NCBI GenBank assembly: GCA_041920275.1
Contig: JAYRSE010000001.1
Coordinates: 2,004 to 66,003 of the forward strand
DNA length: 64,000 nucleotides
Reading direction: 5' to 3'
DNA from: Minisyncoccota bacterium
GTDB lineage: Bacteria; Patescibacteriota; Minisyncoccia; Phycocordibacterales; UBA12088
Part shown: piece by piece, positions 18,314-27,452 of the stretch
How the letters are laid out: each line of letters starts with the position of its first letter
Position numbering within the stretch: position 1 is the stretch's first letter
Made by a program: the position numbers and the translations under genes
Notes under the pieces: model-generated
What the model was told of the DNA's origin: nothing
Databases searched by the model: none
Seen by the model: the letters and a program-made list of their open reading frames with translations, nothing else

Positions 18314-19336
18314 ATGGAATGGCAAAAGGTACAATCGGTATTGGCGCACGAGCCGAAGTTTCGGATCGAGCAGGTACGCAAGGCGGTCTTCGTCGATCTT
18401 GTGGAAGATTGGAGCCGAGTGACGGTGCTTCCCGCACCTTTGCGCGAGAAGCTCTCCGAGGAGTGCCCGCTTACGATACCTGCGGAGAAGTTGGTATCGG
18501 CCGATGGTAAGACCGTGAAGGCGCTTATCGCTCTTGCGGACGGTAAACGCATCGAGACCGTGCTCATGCGCCACGGTGACCGCAACACGGTGTGCGTGTC
18601 GACGCTTGTCGGGTGCCCCATGGGGTGCACCTTTTGTGCGACCGGCACCATGGGGATGGTGCGCAAGCTCGCCGCCGACGAGATCGTGTTGCAGGTACTC
18701 TATTTCGCGCGGTACCTTCATGCGGAACATGCTCGTGTGGGCAGTGTGGTCTTTATGGGGATGGGTGAGCCCTTTTTAAACTACGAGGCGGTGATGGAGT
18801 CGATACGCATACTGAACGATCCGAAGCTATTCTGCATCGGCGCGCGCCACATCTCCATTTCGACCTGCGGTATCTTGGATGGGATAGCGCGGCTCGCCGA
18901 AGAGGACCTGCAGGTGAATCTCGCGATATCGCTTCACGGAAGCAACGATGCCGTGCGTGCAAAACTTATGCCGATCGCACGCACGTACCCCATTGCGGAT
19001 CTGCTCAAAGCGGTCGACGCCTATACCGCAAAGACCAAACGCAAGGTGATGTTCGAGTACTTGCTTGTCGACGGAGTGAACGATGCGGACGAGCATGCAC
19101 GAGAGCTTGCGGTGCTCATGAACCGGCCACTCTCCATGGTGAACTTGATCTCATACAATCCGACGGGAAAGTACACCGCCTCGAGCGAAAAGCGGATCGA
19201 GCATTTTCGAGATATCTTGCGCAGTGCGGGAGTGGAAGCGACCATCCGTTTCCGATTCGGGCGTGACATCGAAGGGGCGTGCGGGCAGCTTGCGACCGAA
19301 AAGGTTGTGGACACAAAAAACAATCCGCCGGCGTGA
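18314..19336 (+). CDS. rlmN: 23S rRNA (A2503-C2)/tRNA methyltransferase RlmN, radical SAM
   Basis: CxxxCxxC cluster in VGCPMGCTFCATG. 340 aa with RlmN family architecture. Confidence 0.85.
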   Translation: MEWQKVQSVLAHEPKFRIEQVRKAVFVDLVEDWSRVTVLPAPLREKLSEECPLTIPAEKLVSADGKTVKALIALADGKRIETVLMRHGDRNTVCVSTLVGCPMGCTFCATGTMGMVRKLAADEIVLQVLYFARYLHAEHARVGSVVFMGMGEPFLNYEAVMESIRILNDPKLFCIGARHISISTCGILDGIARLAEEDLQVNLAISLHGSNDAVRAKLMPIARTYPIADLLKAVDAYTAKTKRKVMFEYLLVDGVNDADEHARELAVLMNRPLSMVNLISYNPTGKYTASSEKRIEHFRDILRSAGVEATIRFRFGRDIEGACGQLATEKVVDTKNNPPA

Positions 19337-19368
19337 GCCGACGGATAGATGGAATATTTCTACGGTTT

Positions 19369-19635
19369 CTACGGGATGATGCACTTTATTATGCCGCATC
19401 CCACCTGCAAATTTAGTACCCCCCCGTCTTTTTCTCTGACCTGTGCGTTGCAGTTGTTGTGAACGCAATTGATGACCTGCACCTGCTCCGGGGGCACCTC
19501 GTACAAGTCGGAGAGATAGTCAGCTGCCCTCTGTGCGGGCGGAACTACCGTGCGGTAGAAGAGCGCCCACACGAATACAGCGATCACCATGATCAGCGCG
19601 ATGCTAATCAAAGAAACTTCGTTGGTTTTTCCCAC
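19369..19635 (-). CDS. Small hypothetical membrane protein (one N-terminal TM)
   Basis: 88-aa ORF MGKTNEVSLISIALIMVIAVFVWALFY.. in a 460-bp gap with no competing ORF. Confidence 0.35.
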   Translation of the reverse strand: MGKTNEVSLISIALIMVIAVFVWALFYRTVVPPAQRAADYLSDLYEVPPEQVQVINCVHNNCNAQVREKDGGVLNLQVGCGIIKCIIP

Positions 19636-19799
19636 TGCGTCACCTCTTTTGATTGCTTAAACTCTTTAGATTATAACATTAATCTATTATCTTTGCAATA
19701 CCACGTGCTCACGATAGCCACTCGTCTGCGGGACTTGAGAAGTCGATGGTATGGAAAAGTGAAAGAGAAATATTTACGCTCGCGTAGTACACTGTATCC

Positions 19800-20366
19800 G
19801 TGGAACAATGTGATGGACAGACCGACGAAGAACTGATGAGGCGCGTGCCGGACGAACGCGAAGTGTTTGCGTGCATCATTCGTCGGTACGAGGACAAGCT
19901 CCGGCGTTATTTGAAGCGCGTGATGCCGTGGATGGGAGATGAGACCGAAGATGTGCTCCAAGAGATCTTCATCAAAGTGTACGTGCATGCACGCGGTTTT
20001 GATACCACACTCTCGTTCTCTTCATGGGTGTATCGGATCGCGCACAACGAAGCGGTGAGCTGGTTGCGCAAGAAAAAAGCCCGGCCGGAGACGGTCGAGT
20101 TGGGTGAGGACGAAGTGCAGACCTTCCTTGAGAGTGTCGAGGTGGCGCGTGACCACGCGGAGGAGCGTTTGACCCGCGATGCGGTCGCTCGAGTACTTGC
20201 GCGTATGCGGGAGAAGTACCGTGCGGTGCTCGTACTGCGCTTCTTGGAAGGCAAAACGTACGAGGAGATAGGTGACATTCTCACCGTACCGAACGGGACC
20301 GTTGCCACGTTGGTGCACCGAGCAAAAAAAGAATTTAGCAGTCTATATGACACCCACCATGCTTGA
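19800..20366 (+). CDS. ECF-type RNA polymerase sigma-70 factor (GTG start)
   Basis: Region 2 (FACIIRRYEDKLRRYL, VYRIAHNEAVSWLRKK) and region 4 HTH (LVLRFLEGKTYEEIGDILTVPNGTVATLVHRAKKEF). Confidence 0.8.
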   Translation: MEQCDGQTDEELMRRVPDEREVFACIIRRYEDKLRRYLKRVMPWMGDETEDVLQEIFIKVYVHARGFDTTLSFSSWVYRIAHNEAVSWLRKKKARPETVELGEDEVQTFLESVEVARDHAEERLTRDAVARVLARMREKYRAVLVLRFLEGKTYEEIGDILTVPNGTVATLVHRAKKEFSSLYDTHHA

Positions 20367-21114
20367 TCGAACATCACTTGCCGAACGTGTCTTCGAGACC
20401 ATCGACACGCGCGGTGTGGAGCCGAAGCCGCACTGGCATTTTCTACTCCACGAGTGGGTGGTATGGGGAATCGCATGCGTCATGTTCCTCTTGGGAAGTG
20501 TCGCGACGGCGCTTTCGTTGTATATTGTCGAGGCTTCCTTCTTTGTTGAACGTCACATCGCACAGACGGACCTCGGCCGCATTTTCGGGATGTTGCCGTG
20601 GGTGTGGTTGGTGCTTATCGTCGTGGCGGTCGCGTATGCGGTGTACGCCCTCTCGTCGACCGAGCATGGGTACCGATGGCACGTCGGCTACTTGGTACTC
20701 GCGGCACTTTTTTTGAGCGTTTGCGCAGGATATGCGCTCAACCGGTTCGGTATGGGTGAAGCGATCGATCGGTACTTGCTCACCCAGGTCGCACTGTACC
20801 GTCCGATGTCCGGCTTTTTTCCCGAGCACTGGATGAACGTCTCCGAGGGAAGGTGGGTGGGTGTGGTCGCAGACGAGGTCGACCCGAACGTCTTCGTGCT
20901 ACACTCCATCGATGGGACGGTGTGGAACGTGCGGGTGACCGACGAGACCGTGTACCGAGGATTACAAGACGTCCATGAGTATATGCGGGTGCGGGTGGTC
21001 GGCACCAGCACCGAAGAGGGTATGTGCGAAGCGTACGAGGTGCACACCTTCCGCGGCCGCGGGGGAGGGATGCGCCGAGAACATGCCCAACCTGTGCTCT
21101 TGTTCACCTTTTGA
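20347..21114 (+). CDS. Putative anti-sigma factor / membrane protein co-transcribed with ECF sigma
   Basis: ATG overlaps the sigma stop by 20 nt. The product has 4 TM helices and a C-terminal soluble domain. Confidence 0.5.
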   Translation: MTPTMLDRTSLAERVFETIDTRGVEPKPHWHFLLHEWVVWGIACVMFLLGSVATALSLYIVEASFFVERHIAQTDLGRIFGMLPWVWLVLIVVAVAYAVYALSSTEHGYRWHVGYLVLAALFLSVCAGYALNRFGMGEAIDRYLLTQVALYRPMSGFFPEHWMNVSEGRWVGVVADEVDPNVFVLHSIDGTVWNVRVTDETVYRGLQDVHEYMRVRVVGTSTEEGMCEAYEVHTFRGRGGGMRREHAQPVLLFTF

Positions 21115-21144
21115 TCCAATCCCATACCATATTCAACTAACCTG

Positions 21145-21240
21145 CAGGATGCTCCGCCGGCATGCTTCACAAGAGACCTTCTAGGGCGCTTACCCGGTCT
21201 TAGTCTCTTGTGAAGCATCCCGGCTTTGCCCATAATCGTA
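21145..21240. repeat. Structured intergenic repeat, copy C (divergent stems, same conserved loop)
   Basis: Perfect 17-bp stem GATGCTTCACAAGAGAC/GTCTCTTGTGAAGCATC enclosing loop CTTCTAGGGCGCTTACCCGGTCTTAGT. Confidence 0.65.
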
Positions 21241-21381
21241 TTCCTTGTGGTCAGTTGGGGGGAACAATGGTCCTTTGAAGGGTTCCGTGATGGTGCCGAG
21301 GTGGTACCCTTCGATTCGTGCGGTCACATCATAACGAGTCTCCACACCTCGTCGATCTCTTCTCGTGCAGTGGTCGGGGCA

Positions 21382-21579
21382 TCACCGCTTTGGTGCACCT
21401 GACACGCGCGCCCACCAGTTCGTCATGGGACAGTTACCGGTGATACCCGCACGAACAAGTCCGATGCCCATGAGGCCCGGGAGTACGAGCGGGTACCATT
21501 GTTCGGTGATCGCGTATGCCGCAAGAGAAGTAAGTATGATGATGCCGACGGTCAAGTGGGTCTTTTGCAATGGGTTCAT
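21382..21579 (-). CDS. DUF2892 (YgaP C-terminal-like) small inner-membrane protein
   Basis: 65 aa with two TM helices and the characteristic GLxRAGITGNCP motif. Confidence 0.6.
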   Translation of the reverse strand: MNPLQKTHLTVGIIILTSLAAYAITEQWYPLVLPGLMGIGLVRAGITGNCPMTNWWARVSGAPKR

Positions 21580-21618
21580 AATGTGAGTGGTGTGAAGGGT
21601 GTTAGTTATATCAACCTA

Positions 21619-21748
21619 AGAAACCATCAGGAACTCCGCCTGTACACCTGTTTGAGAAACCGCTCCAAGGGCGCTTGCCCGGTCTTAGTCTTTCAAAAAG
21701 GTGCACTGGCATCGTGTCCCATTGGTTAGTCGAATATGGTATTAATCG
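21619..21748. repeat. Structured intergenic repeat, copy B
   Basis: ~85% identity to copy A across ~125 nt, including loop CGCTCCAAGGGCGCTTGCCCGGTCTTAG. Stems are partly degraded relative to A. Confidence 0.7.
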
Positions 21749-22023
21749 ATCGAGAGCGCTTCGAGCGCTTGGGCGATATTGCGACTTCGTTCGGGCTCCG
21801 GCAGGTCTGCGCATGTGATGATCTGTGAAGAGATGTACAGCTCCCCGACCTTGCGGAGCGCGCCTCGTGCCGCGCGGATCTGGGAGACGACCTCCTTACA
21901 TCCGTACTGTTCGGGTGATTCGAGCATGCGGCGTATCGCCTGTATCTGGCCACTCGCACGGTTCAGGCGGTGTGCGATACGGTCCATCGATACGGTATTT
22001 TTGTGCGGTACTGGGGCATTCAT
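21742..22023 (-). CDS. CsoR/RcnR/CstR-family (DUF156) transcriptional repressor
   Basis: 93 aa with alpha-helical CsoR architecture. Cys42 and Cys71 are 29 residues apart, as in CsoR C36/C65. The His position is Gln67. Confidence 0.75.
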   Translation of the reverse strand: MNAPVPHKNTVSMDRIAHRLNRASGQIQAIRRMLESPEQYGCKEVVSQIRAARGALRKVGELYISSQIITCADLPEPERSRNIAQALEALSID

Positions 22024-22089
22024 AGGTACTGGTATGGGTATGTTAGATTAAATCTTGTAATTCTGTTTTAAATAATAAGTATTCATCTA

Positions 22090-22120
22090 TTGACAGCAGT
22101 ATACCCCATTGGGTATACTG
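22090..22120 (+). promoter_or_regulatory. Promoter TTGACA-18nt-TATACT overlapped by CsoR-type operator palindrome CAGTATACCCCATTGGGTATACTG
   Basis: -35 at 22090-22095, -10 at 22114-22119. The 24-nt inverted repeat at 22097-22120 matches the CsoR operator pattern ATACC-N-GGGTAT. ATG is 9 nt after the -10. Confidence 0.55.
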
Positions 22121-22128
22121 CCGCAACT

Positions 22129-23733
22129 ATGCTTGATACACGCATCTTGCGATCCTTCGCTCTGGTGAGTACACACCGAACGGTCGCACTCGTGAGTGCT
22201 GCGGCTCTGTTCGCAGTGGTTCTTTTTGTTGCACTTCCCGACAAGAGTCGCGTGGTGAGCGACGACCAGACGGTGCCCACCCATATCCTTGTCCGTGCGG
22301 AACGGATACCGCTTCCGTTCGAAGGCGTCTTGGTATCAAAGGAGGATGCCGTACTGGCGTCACAGGCGCAGGGTCGCTTGAGCGACTTACCGGCTCGCGA
22401 GGGATCGGTGGTGCATGCCGGCGACGTGCTTGCGGTCGTTGGTCAACCGGTGCTTGCGGCTCAGCGGTCGACGCTGGTCGCCAAGATACGGCTCATGGAA
22501 GAGCAACGTGGACTGGTGGAAGCTGAGCGCGACACCGCTTTGGTGCTCGCGGCGAAGGCGGCGCAAACGAATGCGACCGTTGGTACCGCACAGGTGGCAC
22601 TTACCGATGCGCAGGTGAGCACGGCGGCAAAGGCGCTGCGCGTGACCCTCACACAGCAGTACCTTTCCGCAACCGAGGCGCTGAAATTCCTTGCAGACAC
22701 CGCGGCCCTTTCAACAAGCGAAGTTTCCGAGCTTCGAGTGAAGGCGGCCCGTACGCTTGCCGGCTCCGAGCGTGCGAGCTACTTGGGTCAGCGGGTCATG
22801 ACAGGTGGAAGAGATCGCGGTCTGTATGATGATCTGCAGGCATTAAAAACGGATGAACCCCAGGTACTGCTCGATCTTTCTCAGCGCTTGCTCGACGGTC
22901 TTTCAACACTCGCCCGTGCGTACGAATCGGCCGAACGTAAGGCCTACGAGCGTACCAGTGCTTTGAGCGAAGGTGAGCGTGCACAGTACAACACCTACCG
23001 CAATGCGGTGCGGACCGCACAGGCGTCCGTGGAGGGCGCGCAGGGTATGCTCCGTACCGCGCTTGAGGCACACGAACTTGCGGTCGCAACTGCGGGTGGA
23101 ACACGAACGGTTCGTGATGCGGAACTCGAGCAAGCGAAAGTGGTGCAGGCCGGAGAGATGCGCGTGAGCGGAGCGACGCTTGCGAACCTGTATGCCGAGC
23201 TGCGCGCACTCGACGCTTCACTCGGGGAAGCGGTCGTGAAGGCGCCCTATACGGGTACGATCGTGGAGACATTCGTCGACCCCGGCACCTATGTGGCACC
23301 CGGAACACCGCTCGTGCGCATACAGAGCGCGACCGGTCTCGAGGTGCGTGCTACGATCCCGGGGCGTTATCTGTCTCGAATGACGATCGGTGCGTCCGCG
23401 ACCTTTCGCGATGGGGGAGCTGGAGTGCTTGATCGGATCTCACCGCACGTCGATGAACGTACGGGCGGGGTGACCGCATACATCGTGCTCAATGCGGTGG
23501 AGGCGCCGTATACCACCGGGTCGCACATCCGTGGCGAGCTTGAGCTTGTGGTCGATAAGGATGAGGACGGTGTGTATGGCATCCCGCACCGGTACCTCTC
23601 GTTCGATTGGAGCGGGCCCGTGGTGCGTACCGAAACGAATATGACACTGCCGGTCACGATCGTGCGTGACATGGGACAGGTAGTGTACGTGACCGGTCGG
23701 GACCTTGTAGACGGCCTTGCGCTTGTCCCGTAG
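22129..23733 (+). CDS. Efflux RND periplasmic adaptor (HlyD/membrane-fusion protein family)
   Basis: N-terminal TM anchor, long Ala-rich coiled-coil, C-terminal beta-barrel-like region. Immediately precedes the RND pump gene. Confidence 0.75.
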   Translation: MLDTRILRSFALVSTHRTVALVSAAALFAVVLFVALPDKSRVVSDDQTVPTHILVRAERIPLPFEGVLVSKEDAVLASQAQGRLSDLPAREGSVVHAGDVLAVVGQPVLAAQRSTLVAKIRLMEEQRGLVEAERDTALVLAAKAAQTNATVGTAQVALTDAQVSTAAKALRVTLTQQYLSATEALKFLADTAALSTSEVSELRVKAARTLAGSERASYLGQRVMTGGRDRGLYDDLQALKTDEPQVLLDLSQRLLDGLSTLARAYESAERKAYERTSALSEGERAQYNTYRNAVRTAQASVEGAQGMLRTALEAHELAVATAGGTRTVRDAELEQAKVVQAGEMRVSGATLANLYAELRALDASLGEAVVKAPYTGTIVETFVDPGTYVAPGTPLVRIQSATGLEVRATIPGRYLSRMTIGASATFRDGGAGVLDRISPHVDERTGGVTAYIVLNAVEAPYTTGSHIRGELELVVDKDEDGVYGIPHRYLSFDWSGPVVRTETNMTLPVTIVRDMGQVVYVTGRDLVDGLALVP

Positions 23734-26700
23734 GTGCGGCTCTTGCGAGAAAGGATGCGAAAAAGCTGTGGTATGAAGCATGAACAGTCACCATTCGGTC
23801 GGAATAATGAAGAAGGGGTACCGACGACCTTGGTGCATGACACGGTTTCCGATTCGAGCGAGGGTTTGAATTGGACGGGCAAGCTTGCGGAGACGTTCGT
23901 CATGAACCGTTCGCTCTCGTTGTTGATCGTGGGACTCGCACTTGCCTTTGGAGTGTTCGGCTTTTTGGCAACGCCGAAGCAGTATAATCCTCAGATCACG
24001 CGTCCCGCGTTCATCGTGGAAGTGTCGTATCCCGGTGCGACCGTAGATGAAGGGTACCGATTGGTTGCGACGGAACTCGTGGAAAAGGTTCAAGCTCTCG
24101 CGGGTGTGGATGAAGTGACCGTGCAGGTCCGTGACGGTGCTTCCATTGCGGCGGTAGTCATTTTTGACGTCGGCTTTTCGAAAGATACGGCAAAGGTCTC
24201 CCTGCAAACCCAACTCGCGCAGCATAGCTACCTGGCGCGTGGCGCCATTCGACAGCCGACGATCCGCGAGCTCGATCCGGACGAGGTTCCCATCCTGACG
24301 GTCCGGATCGTGGGTGCGGAGCATTCGCTCGCTTCACTGCGCGAGCACGCCGTTTCCGTGTCGCACGTACTTGCCGATGTGCCCGGCGTAGCCGAGGTCG
24401 AAGTGCACGGGGGGTATGCACCTGCTCTGGTGGTGGAATTGCTTCCGGAGGAAATGGCTCGCAGTGGTGCATCGCTTGGTGATGTGCAACGTGCACTAGC
24501 GGATGCGAGTACCGAACACTCGCTTCTTGCGTTAGGTGATGGTACGCGTCGCGTGGTCGTGGATATAGAGAATGCGGCTATGACACCCGAGGCCCTGGCG
24601 GAGGTGGGAGTACATCAAAGCGTACGTTTGGGTGATATCGCCCGCATATACGAGGGGACGAAAGAGGTATCATCGTATGTTCGTGCGCTGTATCCGGATG
24701 GTGTGCCGGAAGATGCGATCCTGCTTTCCGTCTCGAAGCGCGGAACGGCGAGTGCTCCGTCCGTGTCTCGGGACGTGCTTGAAGCACTGCGTGCCACACT
24801 CACGAACACCGCACACACGGGCGTCTCATTCGAGGTGATCAACGATGATGGTGCGATGGCAAGTGCGGAGATCGGCGGACTCATGATGAACCTCATCCAG
24901 TCCATCGTGATCGTCGGAGCGGTGCTCATGCTTTTCCTCTCACCGCGCAGTGCGGTGGTGGTGGGACTCTCCATACCGCTCACGATGCTCATCGTGTTCG
25001 GGCTCGGATACTTGGAAGGTCAGACCGTCAATCGCATCACACTCTTTGCGCTCATTTTGTCGCTGGGCCTTTTGGTCGACGCGGCGATCGTGGTCGTCGA
25101 GGCGATCCATACCGCGACCAAGCGGGTATGCTCGGAACAGGCGCGTGTGCGTGCGGTGGTGCGTGCCGTGAACGGCATCGGCGTCGGTCTGTTCCTTTCC
25201 ATGCTCACCAGCGTGGTCGTGTTCATGCCCATGCTGTTCATCACCGGCATGATGGGGCCGTACATGGGCCCCATCGCGTTCTTCGTACCGGCCGCACTTC
25301 TCGTTTCGTTCCTGATCGCGGTCACGGTCATGCCATACTTCGCGCTCTCTTTTATGCGGAGTGATGAAAGGACCACTGCCGCTTCCCGATTCTTCAACGG
25401 TCTCATTGAAACGATCACGCGGCGATACTCGGACCTGTTGTGTTCGATCATCGGCTCGCGAGTGATACAACGGCGCGTGTTGGTGTCCGCGGGTATCGCG
25501 TTTGCGCTCGCGCTTACGTTACCTGTGGCGCAGTTCGTGCATTTCCAAATGCTACCGAAAGCGGATCGTGACCAGTACTTCGTTTACGTTGATATGCCCG
25601 CCGGCACTGATGTTGTCGCGACGCGAGTTGCCGCCGAAGAGGTGGCACGGATCGCACTTGCGGACGAATACGCTCGGTCGGTGCAGCTGTTCGTCGCCGA
25701 TTCCCAGGTGCTGGATTTTAACGGCATGTTCAAGGGGGCGCATGTGCGCACCGCACCGCATCAAGCGACCCTTCGGGTCAACCTGGTACCGAAAGGCGAG
25801 CGGGATGATTCCTCGACCGATATCGTGGAACGTGCGCGTGCGGAGTACGCGGAACACGATGTCGCCTCGAAGGCGGAACGGGTCCGTTTCGTAGAGGACC
25901 CTCCCGGACCGCCGGTGTCCGCAACGTTCGTTGCAAAGGTATTCAGTGGTGAACATGCTGACCGCGTTGCCGTTTCGAACGGACTGTATGAGCTGCTCAG
26001 GGGCGTTTCCGGTATCGTGGACGTTGACGATGGAGCCGAGGAAGGGTACCTGCGGGCGGTACTCACGGTCGATCATGTGGCCGCGCGTTCGTTCGGTGTT
26101 TCGGTCGAAGACATCCACTCGGCACTCACGGTGCTCGGAGCTCCGGTCGAGGGAGCGCAGTACCATGACGCGCATCTTGCGGAATACGCCCCGATAGAGT
26201 TGCGTGTACCCCGTGAAGCGCGGAGTGCCCCGAGCGATCTTTCGTTCGTGACGGTCAGATCGCGGGAAGGTGTACCGGTTCCTCTGGAGTCGCGTGTTGA
26301 CATTCGGTATGAACGGAGTAGGGAGCCGGTGCATACCGAAGGGATGGTGCCGATCCGCTCCGTTACCGCGGAAACACAGGGCAGGTCGATTGTGTATGTC
26401 ATGCTCGAGGTGATGCGAAAGGCGCGAAGCGAAGGGATCGCGGGGTACCACGTCATCGCTTGGGACCTGTTCGGTATGGACCTTAAACGCGACGGGGCCC
26501 GTGTACGGATCGAGTGGGGTGGAGAGTGGGAGATGACTCTGGAGAATTTTCGCGATCTCGGTCTTGCGATGCTTGCCGCCATCTTCTTTGTATACGCGAT
26601 ACTGGTCGCGCAGTATCGCACGTTCCGCACACCCGGGCTTATCCTTACCACGGTGCCGCTCGGTTTGGTGGGAATACTCGCGGGCTTTTCGGTGCTCGAC

Positions 26701-27039
26701 GCGGTGGCGGGAGTACCGCTTACGGCGACCGCACTCATCGGCTTCATTGCACTCATTGGAATCGTCGTTAATAACGCGATCATCTTTCTTGAACGTTTCG
26801 ATGAGGTGCGGCAAGACGGTCTCGCCTATGATGCGGCTCTTGTGGAGGCGGCGCGTTCTCGTTTGCGGCCGATACTCCTTACATCGCTCACCACGGTGCT
26901 CGGCTCGCTCACGATCGCGTTCGATCCCGTGTGGAGCGGTCTTGCGTGGGCGATCGTCTTCGGCCTCTCGCTCTCTACGCTCCTTACGCTCGTGGTACTG
27001 CCGACGCTGTTGGTCTACACGGGACGGGGAGACAAATGA
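23734..27039 (+). CDS. RND efflux transporter permease (AcrB/CusA/CzcA superfamily); exact start uncertain (GTG 23734, or downstream ATG/TTG)
   Basis: ~1050-1100 aa, 12-TM RND architecture with two large periplasmic loops. Typical N-terminal segment ...LIVGLALAFGVFGFLATPKQYNPQITRP..VSYPGA. Confidence 0.85.
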   Translation: MRLLRERMRKSCGMKHEQSPFGRNNEEGVPTTLVHDTVSDSSEGLNWTGKLAETFVMNRSLSLLIVGLALAFGVFGFLATPKQYNPQITRPAFIVEVSYPGATVDEGYRLVATELVEKVQALAGVDEVTVQVRDGASIAAVVIFDVGFSKDTAKVSLQTQLAQHSYLARGAIRQPTIRELDPDEVPILTVRIVGAEHSLASLREHAVSVSHVLADVPGVAEVEVHGGYAPALVVELLPEEMARSGASLGDVQRALADASTEHSLLALGDGTRRVVVDIENAAMTPEALAEVGVHQSVRLGDIARIYEGTKEVSSYVRALYPDGVPEDAILLSVSKRGTASAPSVSRDVLEALRATLTNTAHTGVSFEVINDDGAMASAEIGGLMMNLIQSIVIVGAVLMLFLSPRSAVVVGLSIPLTMLIVFGLGYLEGQTVNRITLFALILSLGLLVDAAIVVVEAIHTATKRVCSEQARVRAVVRAVNGIGVGLFLSMLTSVVVFMPMLFITGMMGPYMGPIAFFVPAALLVSFLIAVTVMPYFALSFMRSDERTTAASRFFNGLIETITRRYSDLLCSIIGSRVIQRRVLVSAGIAFALALTLPVAQFVHFQMLPKADRDQYFVYVDMPAGTDVVATRVAAEEVARIALADEYARSVQLFVADSQVLDFNGMFKGAHVRTAPHQATLRVNLVPKGERDDSSTDIVERARAEYAEHDVASKAERVRFVEDPPGPPVSATFVAKVFSGEHADRVAVSNGLYELLRGVSGIVDVDDGAEEGYLRAVLTVDHVAARSFGVSVEDIHSALTVLGAPVEGAQYHDAHLAEYAPIELRVPREARSAPSDLSFVTVRSREGVPVPLESRVDIRYERSREPVHTEGMVPIRSVTAETQGRSIVYVMLEVMRKARSEGIAGYHVIAWDLFGMDLKRDGARVRIEWGGEWEMTLENFRDLGLAMLAAIFFVYAILVAQYRTFRTPGLILTTVPLGLVGILAGFSVLDAVAGVPLTATALIGFIALIGIVVNNAIIFLERFDEVRQDGLAYDAALVEAARSRLRPILLTSLTTVLGSLTIAFDPVWSGLAWAIVFGLSLSTLLTLVVLPTLLVYTGRGDK

Positions 27040-27143
27040 CCGCGCTTGGAGCGATCCGTTTGTGCACAGGGCGGGGGTGGTAATGATGCGAAGTATGTGG
27101 TACTGTTGCGCCTGCCAGTGTAACTCTACCGTATCGATCCTCC

Positions 27144-27452
27144 ATGCCCTACCTGCAGACCATTCTCGATGCCGAAGAACAAGCGCGCACCATACGCGAA
27201 AAGGCCGAGCGTGAAGCCGCGGCAATCGTGTCCGAGAAACGAACGGAGATTGCGGAGCGATTCGAAGCGCTCAAACTATCGCTCGATACCAAGCGGAGCG
27301 AGACGCTTGCCGAACGGAGAGTGCTCCTTGATCGTGCGTACGATACCGCGCTCGCTCATGCGAACGATGAAGCGAAGCGGCTGGTCGAACAGGTGCGACC
27401 GCGCGAGGTGCAAGCAGTCGCTCGAATTCGCGCTCGCGTGCTCGATCGGTGA
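27144..27452 (+). CDS. atpH: V/A-type ATPase peripheral-stalk subunit H/G
   Basis: 102-aa all-helical charged protein, first gene of the V-ATPase operon. Confidence 0.55.
   Translation: MPYLQTILDAEEQARTIREKAEREAAAIVSEKRTEIAERFEALKLSLDTKRSETLAERRVLLDRAYDTALAHANDEAKRLVEQVRPREVQAVARIRARVLDR

Noticed and set aside
22090-22128. TTG at 22090 as start of the HlyD-family gene
   Set aside because: That TTG is the -35 hexamer itself. The operator and -10 box lie inside the extension. The ATG at 22129 follows the -10 box and is the more plausible start.
25552-27225. 557-aa minus-strand ORF
   Set aside because: Antisense shadow of the RND transporter gene, with no motifs.
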